From Thermoanaerobaculia bacterium (GTDB lineage: Bacteria > Acidobacteriota > Thermoanaerobaculia > UBA5066): a DNA stretch of 64,000 nucleotides. Position 1 is the first letter of the stretch. Every line of letters starts with the position of its first letter. The notes beneath the pieces were generated by a model. That model had not been told where the DNA came from. It worked only from the letters and a program-made list of their open reading frames with translations, and did no database searches. Positions 59,464 to 64,000 of this stretch are shown in pieces. The DNA lies in assembly GCA_038245905.1 (NCBI GenBank), contig JBBRRY010000011.1, positions 23,589 through 87,588 on the forward strand, given 5' to 3'. A program made the position numbers and the translations under genes.

Positions 59464-60243
59464 GTGGGCCAGGCGCTCCTCCGGTCAGCCGTGTTCCTCG
59501 CAGGGCTCCTCGGCCTTCGCTGGTCCGAGGTTCTCCGGCCCCACCACCCGCCGACCGTCGCCCTCCGCCGGCGCTGGATCACGAACCTCGGCCTCGGTCT
59601 CGTGAACGGAGCCGTCGTCTCCCTTCTTTGCGCATCGTGTTTTCTGCTCACGGAGAGCGGCCGCTTCCCCGCGGCCTTCGCGCCGCTCGGGCGCATCCCA
59701 CAGAGTCTCTGGATCCAGATCCCCGTCGCGATCGTGCTCCTCGACTTCGTCACCTACGTCCTTCATCGCGCCTATCACCGGGTTCCTCTGCTCTGGCGCT
59801 TTCATCTCGTGCACCACACCGACCTCGACCTGGACGTGTCGTCGGCCTCCCGCTTCCACACGGGCGAGGTGCTCGCCTCCTCCTTCGTGAAGCTCGGTCT
59901 CGTCGTCCTCCTCGGGATTTCTCCGGTCGGGCTCGTGGTATTCGAGACCGTGATGCTTGCCTGCGCGCAGTTTCAGCACGCGAACGTGCGGATTCCCGCC
60001 GGTTTGGAAGGGCTCCTCTGGCGCACGCTCGTGCCGCCGGCCATGCATCGGATCCACCACGCGCCGAATCAGCGCGACACGGATTCCAACTACGGCACGA
60101 TCCTGACGCTCTGGGACGTCCTCCTCGGGACGTTCAACCGCCGGGCGCCCGATCCCGTGGCGACTTTCGGAGTCGAGGCTTTTCGAGACCCTCGAGGTCT
60201 CGGCGTGACGTCCCTCGCGGTCCTTCCGTTCCGGCGAATTTGA
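59464..60243 (+). CDS. Sterol desaturase/fatty acid hydroxylase family protein
   Basis: HRAYH, HLVHH, QHAN and HRIHH His boxes; DSNYG. Confidence 0.9.
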   Translation: MGQALLRSAVFLAGLLGLRWSEVLRPHHPPTVALRRRWITNLGLGLVNGAVVSLLCASCFLLTESGRFPAAFAPLGRIPQSLWIQIPVAIVLLDFVTYVLHRAYHRVPLLWRFHLVHHTDLDLDVSSASRFHTGEVLASSFVKLGLVVLLGISPVGLVVFETVMLACAQFQHANVRIPAGLEGLLWRTLVPPAMHRIHHAPNQRDTDSNYGTILTLWDVLLGTFNRRAPDPVATFGVEAFRDPRGLGVTSLAVLPFRRI

Positions 60244-60281
60244 TCCGCGGCACCGGGACACGGACAGGCGACAATCCCGCC

Positions 60282-61982
60282 ATGCTGCTTCTCAATCCCA
60301 AGCGCCCTCTCCCGCTGCCGCTCGATCCGAAATCGCAGGAGCTCGTCGAGAAGACGATTGCGTTCTTCGAGGCGAAGGGGAAGGCGGCCCTCCGCCGGGA
60401 CGACCTCGAGCGCACCTGGTACGCGGACTTCATCGCGTTCGTGAAGAAGGAGAGACTGTTCGCGACGTTCCTCACGCCGTCGCCTTACGGCGCCGCGACC
60501 CGGTGGGACACGTATCGCAACTGCGCGCTCAACGAGGTCCTCGCGTTTTACGGCCTGCCGTACTGGTACGCGTGGCAGGTCACGATCCTCGGGCTCGGAC
60601 CGTTCTGGATGAGCGGCAACGAGACGGCGAAGAGGGAGACGGCCCGGCTTCTCGAAGACGGCGGGATCTTCGGCTTCGGCCTCTCGGAGAAAGAGCATGG
60701 CGCGGACATTTACTCCTCCGGCATGCAGCTTGTTCCGGCCGGCGCGGGAACGTACGTCGCGCGCGGAGAGAAGTACTACATCGGGAACGGGAACGAGGCG
60801 GCGCGGCTCTCGGTCTTCGGGAAGATCGCGGGGACGGACGAGTACGTCTTCTTCGTCGTCGACCCGAAACGCCCCGGATACGAGCTCGTGAGGAACGTCG
60901 TCGCGAGCCAGTCCTACGTCGCGGAGTTCGTCCTCCGCGACTATCCGGTCACGGAGGCCGAGATCCTCCTCCGCGGCCCCGCCGCCTGGGACGCGGCCCT
61001 GAACACGGTCAACGTCGGGAAGTACAACCTCGGCTGGGGCTCGATCGGCATCGCGACGCACGCGTTTTACGAGGCGATCCGCCACGCCGCGAACCGGCGG
61101 CTCTATGGCATGTCCGTCACGGACTTCCCGCACGTGAAGCGCATGTTCACGGACGCTTACGCCCGCCTCGTCGCGATGAAGCTCTTCGCGCTCCGAGCCG
61201 GCGACTACTTCCGGTCCGCCTCGCGCGAGGACCGGCGCTACCTGCTCTTCAACCCGGTCGTGAAGATGAAGGTCACGACCGAGGGCGAGAAGGTGATCGA
61301 CCTCCTCTGGGACGTGATCGCGGCGAAAGGCTTCGAGAAGGACACGTACTTTGAGATGGCCGCGCGCGACATCCGCGCGCTCCCGAAGCTCGAGGGCACG
61401 GTCCACGTCAACATCGCCCTCATCGTCAAGTTCATGAAGAACTACTTCTTCGCGGCGGCGCCGTACCCGGACGTTTCCAGGAGGGACGACCCGGGAGACG
61501 ACTCGTTCCTGTGGGACCAGGGGCCGGCGAAGGGACTCGGAAAGATCCGCTTCCAGGATTTCGCTCCCGTGTTCGCCGCGCGGAACGAGCCGAACGTCGC
61601 CGTGTTCCGCGAGCAGACCGCCCTCTTCCGCGAAATGCTGATGCGCGCGACCCCGACCGAGGAGCAGGCGAAGGACGTCGATTTCAGCCTCGCCCTCGGC
61701 GAGCTCTTCACGCTCGTCGTTTACGGGCAGCTCGTCCTCGAGAACGCGAAGCTCCTCGGCGAGCACGCGGCCGACCCGGATCTCGTGGATCAGATCTTCG
61801 ACGTCTTCGTACGCGACTTCTCCCGCCACGCGGTCGACCTCTACACGAAGCCCGCTGGCACCGAGGCCCAGATGGAGTACGCGTTGAAAATGGTCCGGAA
61901 ACCTGTCCACGACGCCGCCCGGTACGAACGCGTCTGGACGACCGTCCACGCGCTGAAGGACGCTTACGAGATGAACCCGTAA
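60282..61982 (+). CDS. Acyl-CoA dehydrogenase
   Basis: FGLSEKEHGAD, KYYIGNG and LPKLEGT motifs. Confidence 0.88.
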   Translation: MLLLNPKRPLPLPLDPKSQELVEKTIAFFEAKGKAALRRDDLERTWYADFIAFVKKERLFATFLTPSPYGAATRWDTYRNCALNEVLAFYGLPYWYAWQVTILGLGPFWMSGNETAKRETARLLEDGGIFGFGLSEKEHGADIYSSGMQLVPAGAGTYVARGEKYYIGNGNEAARLSVFGKIAGTDEYVFFVVDPKRPGYELVRNVVASQSYVAEFVLRDYPVTEAEILLRGPAAWDAALNTVNVGKYNLGWGSIGIATHAFYEAIRHAANRRLYGMSVTDFPHVKRMFTDAYARLVAMKLFALRAGDYFRSASREDRRYLLFNPVVKMKVTTEGEKVIDLLWDVIAAKGFEKDTYFEMAARDIRALPKLEGTVHVNIALIVKFMKNYFFAAAPYPDVSRRDDPGDDSFLWDQGPAKGLGKIRFQDFAPVFAARNEPNVAVFREQTALFREMLMRATPTEEQAKDVDFSLALGELFTLVVYGQLVLENAKLLGEHAADPDLVDQIFDVFVRDFSRHAVDLYTKPAGTEAQMEYALKMVRKPVHDAARYERVWTTVHALKDAYEMNP

Positions 61983-62010
61983 GCCCGCGGCGTCACAGCC
62001 CGTCGTCGAG

Positions 62011-62604
62011 TCAGAGCCCCAAGCTCCGCGCGACTTCTTCCGGGCTCGCCATGAGGGCGCCCGCCTGCCGCTTCTTCACGCTCCCGTCGGGACCGGTCAC
62101 GAGGAAATGGGGCACGCCCCTGATGCTCATCTTCTTCGCCCATGCGCCCGACGCGTCGACGAGGACCTCGCGTCCGATCGCGCGCGCCATCTCCGCGCAC
62201 TTCGGCATCGCGTCCATGCCAACGACGAACGTCGTCTCGATGCCGCGATCCTTGACGAGATCCGCGAGCGCGCGGTCGCCGGGGAGCGACTGCTTGCATG
62301 GCCCGCACCAGGGGGCGACGTAGACGATGAGGCAGCCCTTCGCGCCCGCGCACTTCCCGGCGAGCGCATCGCCGGCCGGAGTTCCGTCGGCGGCGAGCCG
62401 CGGGAGCGTGGTCGCCGAGAGCCTCGAAGGGGCGCGCAGGACGAACCAGGCTCCGGCCGCCATGGCGACGAGGACGAAGAGCACGGTCCGACCCGACGGA
62501 CCAACCGGGGGGGCGGGCCGTCCGGAATCGAAGCGAGAGGGCGGTGCGGGGTGGAGGCCGGACGGGCCTCGCGGCGCGCCGGACGGAGGCGACTGGGTTC
62601 CCAT
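62011..62604 (-). CDS. Membrane-anchored thioredoxin-like (TlpA) protein
   Basis: TM helix, APWCGPC and GVPHF (cis-Pro loop). Confidence 0.8.
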   Translation of the reverse strand: MGTQSPPSGAPRGPSGLHPAPPSRFDSGRPAPPVGPSGRTVLFVLVAMAAGAWFVLRAPSRLSATTLPRLAADGTPAGDALAGKCAGAKGCLIVYVAPWCGPCKQSLPGDRALADLVKDRGIETTFVVGMDAMPKCAEMARAIGREVLVDASGAWAKKMSIRGVPHFLVTGPDGSVKKRQAGALMASPEEVARSLGL

Positions 62605-62699
62605 GAGGGGCATTCTCTACCAGTCCTCGGGACGCCGGCTGAATCGACGAAGTATCTGCGTCAGGAATGAACCGGGACCCGAGTGCGATATCCTGAGAC

Positions 62700-63104
62700 G
62701 TGATGGGTCGGTTTGCTGCATTTCGGTTCCGGGGAACGGCGGCGGCGCTCGCCGCGCTTCTCCTGTCGTCGGTGGCTCTGGCCGCGCCCCGTCTCGAGCC
62801 GCGTCCGCCCTGCTGTGCGGCGGCGGCGATGGAAGGCGGCGCTCCCTCCTGCTGTGCCATGGCCGAGGACGCTTCCCCGGCCTCCTCCGGCTCCTCTGCC
62901 GGCTGCTGCCGGATGTCCGCCCCCGAAGAGGCGGCGCCTTCGCTGACGTCGCCCGGCGTCCCGGCGCTCACGGTCCCCGAAGCGAGCTCTCTCGATCTGG
63001 CACAAGCCGCCGTCCCGGTTTCCTTCGAAGGGCACGCGCGCCGCGTCACGCCGCGCGCCCGGCCGGCGCCGCTGCACCTCCTCTGCTCGGTCTTCCTGGT
63101 CTGA
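62700..63104 (+). CDS. Cys-rich small protein upstream of the metal-efflux TolC (DUF2946/CzcI-like leader)
   Basis: Signal-like N-terminus, three CC pairs and C-terminal PRARPAPLHLLCSVFLV. Confidence 0.7.
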   Translation: MMGRFAAFRFRGTAAALAALLLSSVALAAPRLEPRPPCCAAAAMEGGAPSCCAMAEDASPASSGSSAGCCRMSAPEEAAPSLTSPGVPALTVPEASSLDLAQAAVPVSFEGHARRVTPRARPAPLHLLCSVFLV

Positions 63105-63177
63105 TTCCTGCGTCTCGCCGTTCTCGCGCCGCCCACATCGGGCGGCTCCGTGAGGCTTTCCGCGCGAGGAGAATCAG

Positions 63178-64000
63178 ATGGCCGGAAGAGAAGAAGAGAA
63201 GAAGAATTTGCTTAGAAGGTCCCGTGCGTTGGCGATGGCGGCCCTCGCCTGGAGCGTGATCGCGGCGGCAAGCACGGGTTTCGCGGAGGATCGTCTAGGC
63301 GGCGGCGAGGCCGATGCGCTCGTCGCCGAGGCCCTCGCGAAGAATCCGGATCTCGCCGCGGCGAGAGGGGAGGCCGCGGCCGCGCGCGCGCGCGTTTCTC
63401 CCGCGGGAGCCCTGCAGGACCCGATGCTCTCCGTGACGTACGTCAACGACGGGGTCTCGCCGTCGCTCGGCTCCCAGCAGATGTCGCGCCTCGAGTTCAT
63501 GGCGCAGCAGGCGTTCCCGTTCCCCGGGAAGCTGGCGCTCGCGGGGAAGGTGGCGGACGCCGACGCCCGGGCCGCGGCGACCCAGCCGCAGCGCGTGGTG
63601 CTCACGCTCGAGGCGTCCGTCCGACGTTCCTACGCGGACCTCCTCGAGGCGCGCGAGAACCTCCGGCTCGTGGACGAGCAGATCGAGACCTGGCGCGGCA
63701 TCGACGAGATCATCCGCGCGCGGTACTCGGCGGGCATGGGGAGCCAGCAGGACGTGCTCCGCGCCCAGAGCGAGCGGACGCGCCTCCAGCAGCAGCGTGC
63801 GCGCGACGAAGCGGCGGAGAAGACGGCACTCAACGCGCTCCGGCGACTTCTCTTCCGCCCGCTGGACGCGCCGATCCCGACGGAGCGCCGACTCGTCCCC
63901 ACGGCGTCCCTTGCGGTTCCGCCGGCCGTGGAAGCCCTCGCGAAGGCGCTGACGGTCACGCCCGAGCTCGTGGAGGTCGCCCTCGCAAAGGAACGCGCGG
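63178..64000 (+). CDS. TolC family outer-membrane efflux protein, CusC/CzcC-like (3'-partial)
   Basis: GAGGAG RBS; LVAEALAKNPDL..AGALQDPML..QQAFPFPGKL..ARYSAG..QQDVLRAQ. Frame open to the window end. Confidence 0.88.
   Translation, partial: MAGREEEKKNLLRRSRALAMAALAWSVIAAASTGFAEDRLGGGEADALVAEALAKNPDLAAARGEAAAARARVSPAGALQDPMLSVTYVNDGVSPSLGSQQMSRLEFMAQQAFPFPGKLALAGKVADADARAAATQPQRVVLTLEASVRRSYADLLEARENLRLVDEQIETWRGIDEIIRARYSAGMGSQQDVLRAQSERTRLQQQRARDEAAEKTALNALRRLLFRPLDAPIPTERRLVPTASLAVPPAVEALAKALTVTPELVEVALAKERA

Noticed and set aside
62011-62013. TGA stop of the second thioredoxin-like gene as selenocysteine
   Set aside because: The WCGPC site is complete, the stop follows a normal terminal helix and read-through would run into the convergent gene.

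Overview
High-GC (roughly 70%) bacterial chromosomal window with about 55 CDSs and one tRNA-Thr(CGT). The gene content suggests Acidobacteriota, possibly Thermoanaerobaculia (inference). Housekeeping blocks are a UvrD/PcrA helicase, phoH-ybeY-corC-era, metY-metX, an ECF sigma/anti-sigma pair and two sigma54 two-component systems. No CRISPR array, integrase or transposase was seen. The most notable signals: (1) an unannotated 47-codon leader peptide with a Cys/Met run (CMCMCSM) followed by a strong intrinsic terminator upstream of metY-metX, a candidate ribosome-mediated Met/Cys attenuator; (2) a 14-kb locus of five different GT-C-type membrane glycosyltransferases that all end in a shared Ig-like domain, with a near-identical 37-bp inverted repeat and a deletion-fusion scar, lying between a normally adjacent AAA+/VWA gene pair; (3) a redoxin with a probable in-frame selenocysteine UGA and a SECIS-like hairpin; (4) a split PIG-G/PIG-O-like phosphoethanolamine transferase pair; (5) an apparent AUC start for phoH and widespread leaderless genes; (6) a sigma54-driven, Met-rich multicopper oxidase/CHASE2/FecR module and a Cys-rich leader ORF before a TolC gene. 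All family calls come from motif recognition by eye; no database searches were run.
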